The position numbers and the translations under genes are program-made. Shown in pieces: positions 53,338-63,779 of a DNA stretch of 64,000 nt. Numbering within the stretch: position 1 is the stretch's first letter; the number at the start of each line of letters is the position of its first letter. A model generated the notes under the pieces. The model was not told the DNA's origin, searched no databases, and saw only the letters and a program-made list of their open reading frames with translations. The DNA comes from an uncultured Candidatus Binatia bacterium (lineage in GTDB: Bacteria > Desulfobacterota > Binatia > UBA9968 > JAJDTQ01): contig OZ244070.1 of the NCBI GenBank assembly GCA_965215605.1, positions 448,001-512,000 of the forward strand, in the 5' to 3' direction.

Positions 53338-54378
53338 ATGGGGCAGCAAAACGGACGCCCAATGGAAGAACCGGATTCCGATACCTTAGGTTCCATGATC
53401 GGGAAGAGCCCGGCCATGCGAAACGTCTTCGAGCTCACGCTAAGGATTGCCGCAAGCGATTCGACCGTCCTCATAACGGGCGAGAGCGGCACGGGCAAAG
53501 AGCTGATCGCGCGCTCCATCCATGACCGGAGCAGACGCGCAGGGCAACCCTTCGTTGCCGTCAACTGTGGAGCGATACCTGAGGAACTCCTGGAGAACGA
53601 GCTATTCGGCCACGTCAGGGGTGCGTTCACCGGCGCGCAACATTCCCGGTCGGGGCGGTTCATGACCGCCAGGGAGGGCACCATATTCCTGGATGAAATC
53701 GGCGAGACAACCCCTCGCCTTCAGGCGAAGCTGTTGCGAGTGCTCCAGGAACGTGAGTTCAATCCGTTGGGGAGCGATGTCGCCACTCGGACCAATGCCC
53801 GTTTCGTTGCAGCCACCAATCGAGACCTGCGGCAGGCGATACCCGCCGGCGAGTTTCGTGAAGATCTCTACTACCGTCTCGCCATACTCTCCCTGGAGCT
53901 GCCTCCGCTGAGGGCGCGCCGGGAAGACATACCTCCCCTGGTGGAGCACTTCCTGCAACGTTTCAGCGGAGAACATCGGCGCACCATCGACGAAACGGCC
54001 ATGAAGCGGCTGCAGGCCCATGACTGGCCCGGCAACGTCAGAGAAATGGAGAATCTCATCGAACGCCTGGTGACGTTGACGGATTGCGATGAGATCCACG
54101 TCGACGACCTCCCGGAACTGGCGGGCCACCTCGCGCCACACCCTCCTGACACGCCTCTGAATGGGTTCACCCTGCCAAGCGACGGCATCGATATCGACGG
54201 CTGCATCCAGCGATTCCAGCGCGAGATGATGCTGCAGGCGCTGGAGTGCGCGCACGGCAACAAGACAGTCGCGGCCAACCTGCTGGGACTGAACCGCACC
54301 ACCTTCATCGAGCGGATGCGGCGCCACGGCCTGGGTTCGCTGGTGCCACGACGGCTGGCGGCTCCCAATGGCCGCTGA
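53338..54378 (+). CDS. sigma54-dependent enhancer-binding protein lacking an N-terminal regulatory domain
   Basis: [36 protein letters not shown], Fis-type HTH. The AAA+ domain starts about 15 aa from the N-terminus. Confidence 0.9.
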   Translation: MGQQNGRPMEEPDSDTLGSMIGKSPAMRNVFELTLRIAASDSTVLITGESGTGKELIARSIHDRSRRAGQPFVAVNCGAIPEELLENELFGHVRGAFTGAQHSRSGRFMTAREGTIFLDEIGETTPRLQAKLLRVLQEREFNPLGSDVATRTNARFVAATNRDLRQAIPAGEFREDLYYRLAILSLELPPLRARREDIPPLVEHFLQRFSGEHRRTIDETAMKRLQAHDWPGNVREMENLIERLVTLTDCDEIHVDDLPELAGHLAPHPPDTPLNGFTLPSDGIDIDGCIQRFQREMMLQALECAHGNKTVAANLLGLNRTTFIERMRRHGLGSLVPRRLAAPNGR

Positions 54379-54466
54379 CCGCCGCCGGCACAACGTCGGC
54401 AAGAATCGGCCGGCAGCCTGCCGGACCCTGTTGCGCACGGTCCGCCGGGCCGATATCTTCAACCTT

Positions 54467-55804
54467 ATGGAGTGGACACACCGTCTCGCCGGTTTGATGC
54501 TGTTTACGCTGCTTCCCGCCGTTGCCGGCGGAGCCGCAACGCCCAAGGGCATGGTGGAGGTCAGGGAGGAGACCCTGGACAACGGCCTCAAGGTGCTGCT
54601 GCTGGAGAACCACCGGAGCCCGGCGGTCACCTTCCAGGTATGGTACCGGGTGGGCTCCCGCAACGAGACGGACGGCAAGTCGGGCATCGCCCACTTCCTT
54701 GAGCACATGCTGTTCAAGGGCACCGAAAAGGTGGCGCCAGAGGAATACGCCCGCACCATCCGCAAGCACGGCGGCCGCTCCAACGCGTTCACCTCGCACG
54801 ACGCCACCGTCTACCACGCCACCATGAGCCGGGACGCCATCGGCGTGGCCATCGAGCTGGAAGCCGACCGCATGGTGAACACGCGCTTCGAGGAGAAGTA
54901 CTTCCTGTCCGAGAAGAAGGTGGTGCAGGAGGAGCGGCGCATGCGCGTGGACCGCCCGCGATCCGCGCTGGCGGAGATCACCAACGCGGTGACCTACGCC
55001 GTGCACCCCTACCGCCGGCCCATCATCGGCTGGCCGGAGGATGTCCGCCGGATGACCCTGGAGGACATGAAGGAGTTCTACCGGACCTACTACTCGCCCA
55101 ACAACGCCTTCATCGTGGTGGCGGGAGACTTCGACAGCGAGGAGATCCTGACGAAGATCCGCGAAACCTTCGGCAAGATTCCGCGCGGCTCCGAGCCGCC
55201 GGAGGTGGGGCTCACGGAGCCGCCCCAGCGGGGCGAGCGGCGGGTGCGGCTCAAGAAGGAAGCACAGCTCCCGGCGCTGGTGATGAACTACCACGTGCCC
55301 AGCGTGGGCCACGAGGACAGCTACGCGCTGGACGTGCTGGAGATGATCCTGTCGCGAGGGCGCACCTCGCGACTCTACCGGGACCTGGTCTACGACCGGC
55401 GCATCGCCCGCTCGGCCTGGGCCGGCTACCACCGGGTGTCCGTCGACCCCACCACTTTCACCATCGGCGCCCAGGCCATGCCGGGCAAGGACATTGCGGA
55501 GGTGGAAGCGGCCATCGACGAGGTCATCGCCGGGGTGCGGGACAAAGGTATCAACGAGGCGGAGCTCGACAAGGCCAAGAACCAGGTGGCGGCGGCCTTC
55601 ATCTTCGCCCAGGAATCCAACCGGGGACAGGCCATGCGGATCGGCTTCTATGAGATCACCGGCGGATGGCGCCGCATGAACGAGTACCTCCAGGGTATCC
55701 GGGACGTCACCGCCGACGACGTCCGCCGAGTGGCGTGGGACTACCTCGACCGCGACCGCCGCACCGTGGGCATACTCGTTCCACAGGCGGGAAAACGCTC
55801 ATGA
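54467..55804 (+). CDS. M16B zinc peptidase, catalytic subunit
   Basis: Signal peptide, inverted zinc motif HFLEH, NAFTS, EERRMR. Confidence 0.92.
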   Translation: MEWTHRLAGLMLFTLLPAVAGGAATPKGMVEVREETLDNGLKVLLLENHRSPAVTFQVWYRVGSRNETDGKSGIAHFLEHMLFKGTEKVAPEEYARTIRKHGGRSNAFTSHDATVYHATMSRDAIGVAIELEADRMVNTRFEEKYFLSEKKVVQEERRMRVDRPRSALAEITNAVTYAVHPYRRPIIGWPEDVRRMTLEDMKEFYRTYYSPNNAFIVVAGDFDSEEILTKIRETFGKIPRGSEPPEVGLTEPPQRGERRVRLKKEAQLPALVMNYHVPSVGHEDSYALDVLEMILSRGRTSRLYRDLVYDRRIARSAWAGYHRVSVDPTTFTIGAQAMPGKDIAEVEAAIDEVIAGVRDKGINEAELDKAKNQVAAAFIFAQESNRGQAMRIGFYEITGGWRRMNEYLQGIRDVTADDVRRVAWDYLDRDRRTVGILVPQAGKRS

Positions 55805-57120
55805 GACGCTGGCTGCCCCTGCTTCTTTGCCTCCTCCTGGGACCCCACGCCGTCGCCTCCGCCGCCATGAACGCCCAACGCGAGACACTTCCCAACGGAC
55901 TGGTGCTGGTGACCTCGGAGCAGCCCGCGCTCCCCATCGTCTCGGTGCGGCTCCTGATCCGCGCCGGCTCCCGCTATGACCCCGCCGGGGGGCACGGCGT
56001 GGCCAACCTCGCCTCGCGGCTGCTGACCCTCGGCACTCCCGGGCGGGACGCCATGGCCATCAGCGGCCTCGTGGAGGGCATGGGCGCCCACTTCTGGGCC
56101 GACTGCGGCCGGGAGCTCGCCACCCTGAACCTGAACATCCTGAAAAAGGACCTGGACACCGGGTTGGCCCTCATGGGCGAGGTGCTGACGGCCGCGTCGT
56201 TCCCGGAGAAGGAGGTGGTCCGGATGAAGCAGTCCCTGGCGGCTTCCATCCGGGCCAGGAAAGACCGTCCCAACGCGGTGGCCCGGGAGGCATTCAGGGC
56301 GGCGCTCTACCCCGAAAGCTTCTACGGACGCCCGGTGGAGGGGTCGGAGGATACGGTCCGGGGACTTGAGCGGAGCGGCGTCGTGGACTTCCACCGGCGC
56401 CACTACCGGCCCGACCGGACCATCCTGGTGGCGGTGGGGGACATCACCCACGAGGAGATCCGCGGAAAGCTCGTGAAGGCCCTGGCGGCCTGGAAGCCGG
56501 CCGGCAACGAGCCGGACGCGGCGGTGACGCTGCCGCCGCCGAAGCGAGCCCCCGTCAGGGTGGACCGCAACCTCGCCCAGTCCACCATCGTCATGGGGCA
56601 CGAGGGTCCGCTCCGCATGGACCCCGACCACTACGCCATCCGGGTGATGAACCAGATCCTGGGCGGCGGCGCTCTCTCATCGCGCCTGGGAGACAGCATC
56701 CGGAACGAGCGGGGCCTCGCCTACTCCGTCTACAGCTACTTCGTCGCGGGCAGGAACGCCGGACGGTTCCAGATGGCCATGCAGACCCGCAACGAGAGCG
56801 CCCGGGAGGCCATGTCCGTGGCCAGGGCCGAGATCGAGCGGATCCGGCGGGACGGCGTCACCGAAGAGGAGCTCCGGGACGCCAAGAGCTACCTCATGGG
56901 GAGCTTTCCCCTGGGGCTCGAGACCAATGACGATATCGCCGACTTCCTGGGACAGGTCGAATATCTCGGGCTCGGGCTGGACTACGCCGACCGTTACCCC
57001 GACCTGATCCGCGGGGTCACCGCCGAGGACGTCCTCCGGGCCGCCCGGAAGCATCTGCAACCCGAAAAGCTCATAGTCGTAGTGGTCGGGGACCTCGAAA
57101 AGGCGCGCCTCGACAACTAG
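55801..57120 (+). CDS. M16B peptidase, non-catalytic partner subunit
   Basis: Signal peptide, no HxxEH, SSRL..IRNERGLAYSV. ATGA overlap with the previous gene. Confidence 0.9.
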   Translation: MRRWLPLLLCLLLGPHAVASAAMNAQRETLPNGLVLVTSEQPALPIVSVRLLIRAGSRYDPAGGHGVANLASRLLTLGTPGRDAMAISGLVEGMGAHFWADCGRELATLNLNILKKDLDTGLALMGEVLTAASFPEKEVVRMKQSLAASIRARKDRPNAVAREAFRAALYPESFYGRPVEGSEDTVRGLERSGVVDFHRRHYRPDRTILVAVGDITHEEIRGKLVKALAAWKPAGNEPDAAVTLPPPKRAPVRVDRNLAQSTIVMGHEGPLRMDPDHYAIRVMNQILGGGALSSRLGDSIRNERGLAYSVYSYFVAGRNAGRFQMAMQTRNESAREAMSVARAEIERIRRDGVTEEELRDAKSYLMGSFPLGLETNDDIADFLGQVEYLGLGLDYADRYPDLIRGVTAEDVLRAARKHLQPEKLIVVVVGDLEKARLDN

Positions 57121-57169
57121 GAGGCCACCCGTCGCCTCTCCCAGGCCCACGCCTCGCAGGACCGCTCCC

Positions 57170-58495
57170 GTGTCGCAAGAGGACAAGGCAATCCAGATCG
57201 TCAAACGTCTCCGCGAGGCCGGGCACGAGGCCTACCTCGCCGGTGGATGCGTGCGGGACCGGCTCCTGGGCAGGACGCCCAAGGACTACGACATCGCCAC
57301 CGCCGCCACGCCGCGGGATACCCAGAGCATCTTTCCCGATACCGTCCCCATCGGATCGAAGTTCGGCTCGGTGGTGGTGCTGGTGGACGGCGATCCGTTC
57401 GAGGTCACGACCTTCCGTTTCGACGGCCCCTACAGCGACGGCCGCCATCCCGTCCACGTGCGCTACGGCAACCTGGAGGAGGATGTCCGGCGGCGTGACT
57501 TCACCATCAACGCCATGATGTACGACCCGGTGGACGACCGGGTCATCGATTTGGTGAACGGCCGGGAGGACCTCCGCCGCAGCCTGGTCCGGGCCATCGG
57601 CGACCCCCACGAACGGTTCGCCGAGGACCGCTTGCGGATGGTCCGGGCCGTGCGCCTGGCGTGCGGCCTGGGCTTCGCCATCGACGGCCCGACGCTCCAG
57701 GCCATCCGGGGCCAGGCCGCGGCCGTGACCCAGGTGGCCTGGGAACGCATCGGCGCGGAGATCACCCGCACCCTCACCGAAGGCAGGGCTCGGCGGGGGG
57801 TGGAGCTGCTGGACGAAACCGGGCTCCTGGAGGTGATCCTGCCGGAGGTCGCGGCCATGAAGGGGTGCGAACAAACCCCGGACTACCACCCCGAGGGCGA
57901 CGTGTTCGTGCACACCCTGACCCTGCTCGAACACCTGGACGGCCCCACGGAAACCCTGGCCTACGGCTGCCTGCTGCACGACGTGGCCAAACCGCCGTGC
58001 CGGCAGCCGGCGGGAGAGCGGGTGACCTTCCACGGACACCCGGAGCTCGGAGCGGAGATGGCCGTGGATATCCTCCGGCGGCTCAAGCGCAGCCGCGCGG
58101 TGGCCGAACGGGTCGCTTGGCTGGTGCGATACCACCTGCGCTACACCCAGGCCCCGAACATGCGGCTCAGCACCCTGAAGCGTTTTCTCGGGGAAGAAGG
58201 CATCGGCGAACTGCTGGAGCTCTGCCGCATCGACGCACTTTCATCCAACGGCGATCTGGGTTACTACGACTTCTGCCAGCGGAAACTCGCCGAGTTGGGC
58301 GAGGAGGAAGTGTGCCCCGAGCCGTTGTTGCGGGGGCGCGACCTGATCCGCCTCGGATACGTGCCGGGCCCCTCGTTCTCCGCGATGCTGGGGGCCGTGG
58401 AAGAGGCCCAGCTCGAAGGGGAGCTGCGGACGCAAGCACAGGCCGTGGCATGGGTGCGGCGGATGTACCCCGCCGACCACGACGACCATACGTAG
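57170..58495 (+). CDS. cca: CCA tRNA nucleotidyltransferase (class II, HD domain)
   Basis: GGCVRD..LG..PKDYDIAT, EVTTFR, RRDFTINAM, EDRLRMVRAVR, LLHDVAK. Confidence 0.92.
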   Translation: MSQEDKAIQIVKRLREAGHEAYLAGGCVRDRLLGRTPKDYDIATAATPRDTQSIFPDTVPIGSKFGSVVVLVDGDPFEVTTFRFDGPYSDGRHPVHVRYGNLEEDVRRRDFTINAMMYDPVDDRVIDLVNGREDLRRSLVRAIGDPHERFAEDRLRMVRAVRLACGLGFAIDGPTLQAIRGQAAAVTQVAWERIGAEITRTLTEGRARRGVELLDETGLLEVILPEVAAMKGCEQTPDYHPEGDVFVHTLTLLEHLDGPTETLAYGCLLHDVAKPPCRQPAGERVTFHGHPELGAEMAVDILRRLKRSRAVAERVAWLVRYHLRYTQAPNMRLSTLKRFLGEEGIGELLELCRIDALSSNGDLGYYDFCQRKLAELGEEEVCPEPLLRGRDLIRLGYVPGPSFSAMLGAVEEAQLEGELRTQAQAVAWVRRMYPADHDDHT

Positions 58496-58523
58496 GGGCG
58501 GGTTTCAAACCGCCCGTGTCCGG
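58492..58523 (+). repeat. GTAG-type REP palindrome (copy 3), supplying the cca stop codon
   Basis: GTAGGGGCGGGTTTCAAACCGCCCGTGTCCGG. TAG at 58493-58495 is the cca stop. Confidence 0.8.
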
Positions 58524-58561
58524 GGCCACCGGACCGCACCACACGGAGGCAACGACAAGTC

Positions 58562-60889
58562 ATGAGCAAAGCCGCCAAACACCAGGTCATCGGCAAGTCC
58601 CCGCAGAGGGTGGACGGCGTCGTCAAGGCCACCGGCAAGGCCATCTACGCCATGGACCTGGAGCTTCCGGGGATGCTTCACGGAAAGGTCCTGCGCAGCC
58701 CCTTCCCGCACGCGCGGCTGGCGCGCATCGACGCCACCAAGGCGGCGGTTCTGCCGGGGGTGGCGGCGGTGCTCACCCGCGAGACCCTGGACGGCATGAA
58801 CCCCTACTTCGGATCGGCCTACAAGGACCAGACCGTCGTCGCCCTGGACAAGGTCCGCTACGACGGCGACCCGGTGGCCGCGGTGGCGGCGAACGACGAA
58901 GAGACCGCGGCCGAGGCGTTGACGCTGATCGAAACGGAATACCAGGAGCTTCCCGCCGTCACGGACATCGCCGACGCCATCGCGCCGGACGCGCCGCTGG
59001 TGCACGAGGTGGCGGCGGAGGCCGACGAGTTGCACGGCCACGCCTACCGCGTGCCCGAGGAGTTCCGGGGCACCAACATCTGTTACGCCTACGCCTACGC
59101 ACGCGGCGACGTGGACAGGGGCTTCGCCGACGCCGACGAGATCTTCGAGGACGTCTTCACCTTTCCTCAAGTCCAGCACTATCCGCTGGAGCCCCACATC
59201 ACCATCGCCCAGGTGGAGGATGGCCACGTGACCCTGTGGGCCTCGACCCAGGACCCGTTCACGCTGCAGCGCCACATCGCCGAGTTCTTCTCCATCTCCA
59301 TCAACCGGGTGCGGGTCATCGTGCCCCACGTGGGCGGCGCCTACGGCGGCAAGCTCTCGGTGAAGAACGAGCCGCTGGCGGCGGCGCTGGCCTGGAAGAC
59401 CGGCCGGCCGGTCAAGCTGACCCACACGTCGGAGGAGACCTTCCGCACCATCACCCGGCACCCCGCGCGGTTCCGCATCAAGACCGGCGTCACCTGGGAC
59501 GGGCGGCTGGTGGCGCGGGAATGCGAGGTGCACATGGGGACCGGGGCCTATGCCGACTACGGACCGCGGGTGTCCCAGAAGGCCGGCTACCGGGCACCGG
59601 GCCCGTACCGCATCCCCAACGTCAAGGTCGACGCCTTCACGGTCTACACCAACGCCGTGCCCGCGGGCGCGTTCCGGGGGTTCGGAACGCTTCAGGTCAC
59701 CTGGGCCTACGAGTCCCAGATGGACATGATCGCGCGCAGGCTCGGCATCGATCCGGTGGAGTTCCGGGTCCGGAACCTGCTGAAGAAGGGTGACGCCTTC
59801 ACCAAGGGCGACACCCCGGTGGACTGCGACCTCGAGGCGGGGCTGCGCCGCACCGCCAAGGCCCTGGGCTGGGGCAGGAAGAGCCCAGGCAAGAACCGCG
59901 GCATGGGCCTGGCCTGTTGCATGAAGGACGGCGGCGGCACCTACAAGGTGGCCTCGGCCTCCATCAAGCTCAACTCCGACGGCAGCGCGGTGCTGTTCAC
60001 CGGCACGGTGGAGATCGGCCAGGGCTGCCGCACCGCCCTGGCGCAGGTGGCCGCCGAGGAGCTGTCCCTCCCCTACGAGGCGGTGACCGTGGCCCAACTC
60101 GACACCGACTCCACCCCCTACGACGCCGCCACCAACGCCAGCAGCTCCATGGTCATCATGGGCCTGTGCGTGGAACGGGCGGCGGCGGAGTTGAAACGGC
60201 AGTTGCGCCGGGCCGCGGCCAAGCTGTTCAAGTGCAAGGCCGACAAGATCACCTTCAGGAAAGGCCGCGTCCACGCCGGCAAAGGCAAGCGCCTGAGCTA
60301 CGAGGAAGTGCTCAACCAGACCTTCGGCGCCAAGGGTGGCGAACTCCTGGCGAAGGGCGCCTACCAGGACGCGCACAGCAAGAAGGCCGTGCTGGGCTCC
60401 CCCACCACCTTCTGGGAAACGAGCTGGGGCGGCGCGGAGGTCGAGGTGGACCCGGACACGGGAGTGGTCAAGCTCCTCAAGTACATCTCCACCGCGGACG
60501 TGGGCAAGGCCATCCACCCGCTCCAGTGCGAGGGCCAGGACGAGGGCGCCGTGATGTTCGCCATCGGCCACTCGCTGATGGAGGAGATGCAGTACGACAA
60601 CGGCCACCTGCTGAACCCCAACCTCGTCGACTACCGGCTGCCGTCGTTCCGCGACATCCCCGACACCTTCAAGACCATCATGGTGGAAGAGGCCAACGGC
60701 CCGGGCCCCTACGGCGCCAAGGGCCTGGGCGAAGGCGGCCTCATGCCCGTCTCCCCCGCCATCGGCAACGCCATCGAGGACGCCGTCGGCGTGCGCGTGC
60801 GCGACCTGCCCATCACGCCGGAAAGGATGTGGCGGGCGATGCGGGAGAAGCGTGCGCAGGAACGAGTACTCGGTGGGTTGGAGGACTGA
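58562..60889 (+). CDS. Xanthine dehydrogenase-family molybdopterin-binding large subunit
   Basis: LRSPFPHAR, VGGAYGGK, GAFRGFG, EIGQG, GPYGAKGLGE. Confidence 0.93.
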   Translation: MSKAAKHQVIGKSPQRVDGVVKATGKAIYAMDLELPGMLHGKVLRSPFPHARLARIDATKAAVLPGVAAVLTRETLDGMNPYFGSAYKDQTVVALDKVRYDGDPVAAVAANDEETAAEALTLIETEYQELPAVTDIADAIAPDAPLVHEVAAEADELHGHAYRVPEEFRGTNICYAYAYARGDVDRGFADADEIFEDVFTFPQVQHYPLEPHITIAQVEDGHVTLWASTQDPFTLQRHIAEFFSISINRVRVIVPHVGGAYGGKLSVKNEPLAAALAWKTGRPVKLTHTSEETFRTITRHPARFRIKTGVTWDGRLVARECEVHMGTGAYADYGPRVSQKAGYRAPGPYRIPNVKVDAFTVYTNAVPAGAFRGFGTLQVTWAYESQMDMIARRLGIDPVEFRVRNLLKKGDAFTKGDTPVDCDLEAGLRRTAKALGWGRKSPGKNRGMGLACCMKDGGGTYKVASASIKLNSDGSAVLFTGTVEIGQGCRTALAQVAAEELSLPYEAVTVAQLDTDSTPYDAATNASSSMVIMGLCVERAAAELKRQLRRAAAKLFKCKADKITFRKGRVHAGKGKRLSYEEVLNQTFGAKGGELLAKGAYQDAHSKKAVLGSPTTFWETSWGGAEVEVDPDTGVVKLLKYISTADVGKAIHPLQCEGQDEGAVMFAIGHSLMEEMQYDNGHLLNPNLVDYRLPSFRDIPDTFKTIMVEEANGPGPYGAKGLGEGGLMPVSPAIGNAIEDAVGVRVRDLPITPERMWRAMREKRAQERVLGGLED

Positions 60890-60907
60890 TCGCTTCCGCT
60901 CGGTGGC

Positions 60908-62233
60908 ATGAGTCCCGGGGTGGAGAACACGCGGCCGTCGGGGGCTGGCTCCCGTCAGGGTGCCGCGCGGAACAGGGGAATCGGGATAAAGTCTTCTGGT
61001 CTCTTGTTCGTCCTGTTGGTCCTGCTCGCGCAAGGCGGGGCATTCGCCCGGACAAGCCTCGTCCTCGAAAGCTGGAGAGAGGACGACCGCACCATCTGGG
61101 AGGAGAAGTTGATACCGGCCTTCGAGGCATCTCACCCGGAAATAGCGGTGCGGTTCAGGCCGACGGCGCCCGCCGACTATGATGCGGCCTTGAACGCCCG
61201 GCTTGCGGCGGGCGCCGCGGGCGACCTGATCACGTGTCGTCCGTTCGACGCGTCCTTGGCCCTGTACGAAGCCGGACGCCTCGCCGACCTCGACGATCTG
61301 CCTGGTTTGGCCGGTTTCTCGAGTGCGGCAAAATCAGCCTGGCAGACGGATGACGGGTCGGCGACCTTCTGCGTGCCGGTGGCATCCGTGATCCACGGGT
61401 TTCTCTACAACCGGGACGCGTTCGGTAAACTCGGTCTCGATCCACCTGAAACGGAAGCGGTGTTTTTCGCGGTCCTTGAAAGAATCCGGGAAGACGGCGC
61501 CTGGGTCCCGATGGCCATGGGCGTCCGCGACCGATGGGAAGCCGCGACCATGGGCTACAACAATATCGGACCGACCTACTGGAAGGGCGAGGAAGGCCGT
61601 CGCGCCCTGGTCGCCGGCCGGCAGAAGCTGACCGACGAGCCCTGGGTTGCCCCCTACCGGACTCTGGCCCGGTGGCGCCGTTACCTGGGAGACGGGTATG
61701 AGACGCGCAGCTACCGGGACAGCCAGGACCTCTTCACCCGAGGCCGCGCGGTTGTCTATCCCGCCGGGAGTTGGGAGATCGCCGGCTTCCGCTCTCGCGC
61801 CGGGTTCGGCATTGGCGCTTTCAGGCCGCCCGTGTGGGAGGCCGGTGACGACTGTCATATTTCCGACCACATCGACACCGCCATCGGTCTGAACGCTGCC
61901 AGCCCGAATGCGGATGCGGCGCGAGCCTTCCTGAACTGGGTCAGCTCGGCCGAGTTCGCTTCGCTCTACGCCAATGCGCTGCCTGGATTCTACCCGCTGT
62001 CGGATCATCCCGTGAAGATAGAGGACCCGCTGGCCCGCACGTTTCTGTCTTGGCGTAGCGATTGCCGTTCGACCATCCGTTCCACGTCCCGGTTCCTGTC
62101 GCGGGGTACGCCGAATCTGGAACAGGAGACCTGGGATGCATCGGTGGAAGCGATCACCGGGGCGGCGACCGCCGAAGAGCTCGGCGCCCGGTTGCAGAAA
62201 GGGCTCGCAAGCTGGTACGCGCCGCAGCGATGA
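60908..62233 (+). CDS. ABC transporter extracellular solute-binding protein (family 1, sugar-type)
   Basis: Hydrophobic signal segment ending AFA; ESWRE, AGDLITCRPFD, GFLYN, YPAGSWEI. Start uncertain. Confidence 0.85.
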   Translation: MSPGVENTRPSGAGSRQGAARNRGIGIKSSGLLFVLLVLLAQGGAFARTSLVLESWREDDRTIWEEKLIPAFEASHPEIAVRFRPTAPADYDAALNARLAAGAAGDLITCRPFDASLALYEAGRLADLDDLPGLAGFSSAAKSAWQTDDGSATFCVPVASVIHGFLYNRDAFGKLGLDPPETEAVFFAVLERIREDGAWVPMAMGVRDRWEAATMGYNNIGPTYWKGEEGRRALVAGRQKLTDEPWVAPYRTLARWRRYLGDGYETRSYRDSQDLFTRGRAVVYPAGSWEIAGFRSRAGFGIGAFRPPVWEAGDDCHISDHIDTAIGLNAASPNADAARAFLNWVSSAEFASLYANALPGFYPLSDHPVKIEDPLARTFLSWRSDCRSTIRSTSRFLSRGTPNLEQETWDASVEAITGAATAEELGARLQKGLASWYAPQR

Positions 62234-62379
62234 ACGAGAGTTGAGGGGGAGAGTTGAGGAGAAACGCGGTGACGCGACCGCCGTGCGTTGGGGCGTGAGA
62301 AACATCCGCAATCCGGGCCACTAGGCGAGAAAGTGCCATGATCTCAATCCCACGCCCGGATAGTCTCCTTCCGCAACAC

Positions 62380-63756
62380 CTAGACGGGTAGCCGTCCCGC
62401 CCGGCCGACCAAACCATCGATCTCGTCCGCGACACGCTCCAGCGCTTCAGTCTCCTCCTGCTCGACCTCTTCCCACAGTTTCAGGGACCTGTCCAACAGC
62501 GTCCATTTGAGGGCATGAAAACTGTTCCATGTAAGCCCAAGCCACGCCGCGTAATTCAGATTGAGGATGTCGTTGGTGATGTAGACCCTGCCCCCATTCA
62601 CTGCTGCCACCGTTCCATAGGCCATAGCGAGCATCATCCTGAATCGGGGGTTCATCTTCATCGGCACTGTGTCGATCAGGGCTTCTCCCAGCGGCGATCC
62701 CGTGAGTTTCACCTGTTTGACGGCGTAGAAGGCGCGCATCATTACTTCCATGATCAGTATCGGAATGCTGGTCACAACGAAATGACGGAAATCGTACCCT
62801 TTGACGTACATGTACTCGATCTGCTTGCCCAGGTCGGAGTCTCCCACCGGGAGGCTGTCAAGCATCCGAAGGACGTCCATGAAGGGAGCGGGTAGCCCCA
62901 TGCCCTTGTTGTCGTTTGCCGAAGGGGCATTGACGTCCGACAGAAGGTGCCCGAACATGCGGCCAAGCAGTGGAAACAAGCCGCCGTCCATAGGTTTCAT
63001 AGTAGTCGGATAAATCTTGAGGCCGCCGTTAACGACTACCGTGCATGTGCCGCGCCGCATGTCCAGAACGCCGAACAAGAACCCTAGTATTGGATCGTGG
63101 GACAACGACAGCAGCCGATGGTTCTGGGGGTTCAACGTTCGCGGCGGCGCCCCTAGCAACTTAGCCACAGTGCTGGAGTCTGCACCGCCAATCTTGTTCA
63201 ACCTGCCGAGTTCCTCGCTCACGTCGGGTGGTACCAGACGGCCGAACACCTCCTGTACCCCTCTGTTGAATATGCCGTCCACCTCCTCCGTCCACTTGGT
63301 GGTCGGCTTGGCAGGAGCCCTCACCAACAGCAGGTCAAGCATCGCCGCGAACACGCCACACCCCCCGGCGATGGCGTAGTCCCAACCATCAAGGGCGTAA
63401 CGGGCGTTGAAGTTCTTGATGTGGGCCGCGACCCGCTTATCCACGACCGCCCAATCGTTGACAGTCAGCATATCGTCCAGGTTGGCGTCTCCTGGGAACT
63501 CCGCCTCCGCCTCTTTGTAGATAGCCTCCAAGTCAACGTCCGGGAGTTCCTTGTGCCCACTCATCGCGTCCAGGTGAGACCGCTTACTCTTCTCAAAATC
63601 CGGCGTTGACTTGTCGACATCGCCTAATTCCTCCAGTTGCTCTTTGATGGCGCGAATGTCCCCGTCGATATCGTCATGAACTCCCTCGATGGTATCGGAC
63701 CGCCGTTGCAGATGTCGGATGGCTTTGATGTTCCGCTGTTCGCCCTTGCCGGTCAT
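62380..63756 (-). CDS. Hypothetical membrane-associated protein
   Basis: 458-aa ORF with a coiled-coil N-terminus, hydrophobic segments and motifs HRLLSLSHDP, GHLLSD, GLPAPF, MYVKGYDFRHF. Confidence 0.8.
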   Translation of the reverse strand: MTGKGEQRNIKAIRHLQRRSDTIEGVHDDIDGDIRAIKEQLEELGDVDKSTPDFEKSKRSHLDAMSGHKELPDVDLEAIYKEAEAEFPGDANLDDMLTVNDWAVVDKRVAAHIKNFNARYALDGWDYAIAGGCGVFAAMLDLLLVRAPAKPTTKWTEEVDGIFNRGVQEVFGRLVPPDVSEELGRLNKIGGADSSTVAKLLGAPPRTLNPQNHRLLSLSHDPILGFLFGVLDMRRGTCTVVVNGGLKIYPTTMKPMDGGLFPLLGRMFGHLLSDVNAPSANDNKGMGLPAPFMDVLRMLDSLPVGDSDLGKQIEYMYVKGYDFRHFVVTSIPILIMEVMMRAFYAVKQVKLTGSPLGEALIDTVPMKMNPRFRMMLAMAYGTVAAVNGGRVYITNDILNLNYAAWLGLTWNSFHALKWTLLDRSLKLWEEVEQEETEALERVADEIDGLVGRAGRLPV

Positions 63757-63779
63757 AACGATATACCCTTGCAGTTGTC

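Noticed and set aside
54467-57120. M16 peptidase pair as RiPP maturation proteases
   Set aside because: They are separated from the cluster by hemQ and the bEBP and look like the widespread housekeeping periplasmic heterodimer. The cluster already has an intact C39 peptidase.
62322-62340. Minus-strand TGGCAC as a sigma54 promoter
   Set aside because: It lacks the GC at -12 with correct spacing and points into a convergent gene end.
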